Under the pieces are notes generated by a model that saw only the letters and a program-made list of their open reading frames with translations, did not search any database and was not told the DNA's origin. Source: Dipteris shenzhenensis (lineage: Eukaryota). Taken from it: a DNA stretch of 64,000 bases. The translations under genes and the position numbers were made by a program. Shown here in pieces: positions 63,480-64,000 of this stretch. Where the stretch lies: assembly GCA_047967505.1 (NCBI GenBank), contig CM106538.1. One strand, 5' to 3'. Numbering within the stretch: position 1 is the first letter of the stretch; each line of letters opens with the position of its first letter.

Positions 63480-64000
63480 GAATCACACAATCAATCATGA
63501 GGAACATTGATGTGTGCCATTGTGGTTTGGGATATCCTATCCTCATCCATTTCCGCCATTCACAGTGGTTTTTTCTTTCTACTCTTATGATAGCCTGTTT
63601 CAGCAGCCTCTTTGTGCATTAAAGTCCCCTTCCATTATAATTTCATGATCTTTAGGGTATATGGCTATATCCTCTCCCAAATATATGAAGGGGTCCCCTC
63701 GTGAGATGTGATTGTTCTGTTTGTTGGACGCAAAACATGCTGTCAGGCAGATATTTCTCTCATTTGCTGCTATCTCCAGCCACATATTTTGAGGGTCCTC
63801 TTTTATGACCTAGATTGTGTTCTCCCACACTTTGCTAATGTAGCATGCTATTCCACCACAGCCCTGTCCCTTATGGGATATTTTTGTGTTCATTCGTTTT
63901 CTTGGAATCCTTGTACCTCTGGAATCTCGTGTCCTTCGTGCTCCCAGAATTCCAATATTAAGAGTATGTCAGTTTTCAGATATCTCCTCCTTCAAAGCTA
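63480..64000 (-). mobile_element. LINE endonuclease (APE) fragment
   Basis: MWLEI...HEIIMEGDFNAQ contains the GDFN motif; degenerate and runs off the window. Confidence 0.7.

Noticed and set aside
58663-64000. Upstream BCE2 lipoyl-domain exons (EVQSDKA motif)
   Set aside because: Not found on the minus strand; presumed to lie beyond the window.

Overview
Eukaryotic DNA from a land plant; the TE content and huge introns suggest a fern or other non-seed plant, which is an inference. One intact host gene is visible: five minus-strand exons of the branched-chain 2-oxo-acid dehydrogenase E2 subunit (BCE2/DIN3). Its 5' exons lie beyond the right edge, and it has a 28.5-kb intron (29304-57779) filled with nested transposons. 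The intron holds a chromovirus-type Ty3/Gypsy element that itself carries a full-length L1-type LINE, a TSD-less foldback TIR element and a gag-only Copia derivative. It also holds a 1.9-kb non-coding LTR element with identical LTRs. The left 27 kb is a field of decayed Copia elements. The most unusual structure is at 1-13.3 kb: a hAT transposase pseudogene, a divergent protein-kinase pseudogene (DWG in place of DFG) and a second unknown ORF. These lie with two arrays of a CpG-decayed palindrome (ACCGCGCGGT-like), and a Copia element there appears split by an inversion (matching 5-bp TSD ATGTT). Undoing the inversion suggests one large kinase-carrying hAT element. Coordinates were read by eye, and boundaries of decayed elements are approximate.
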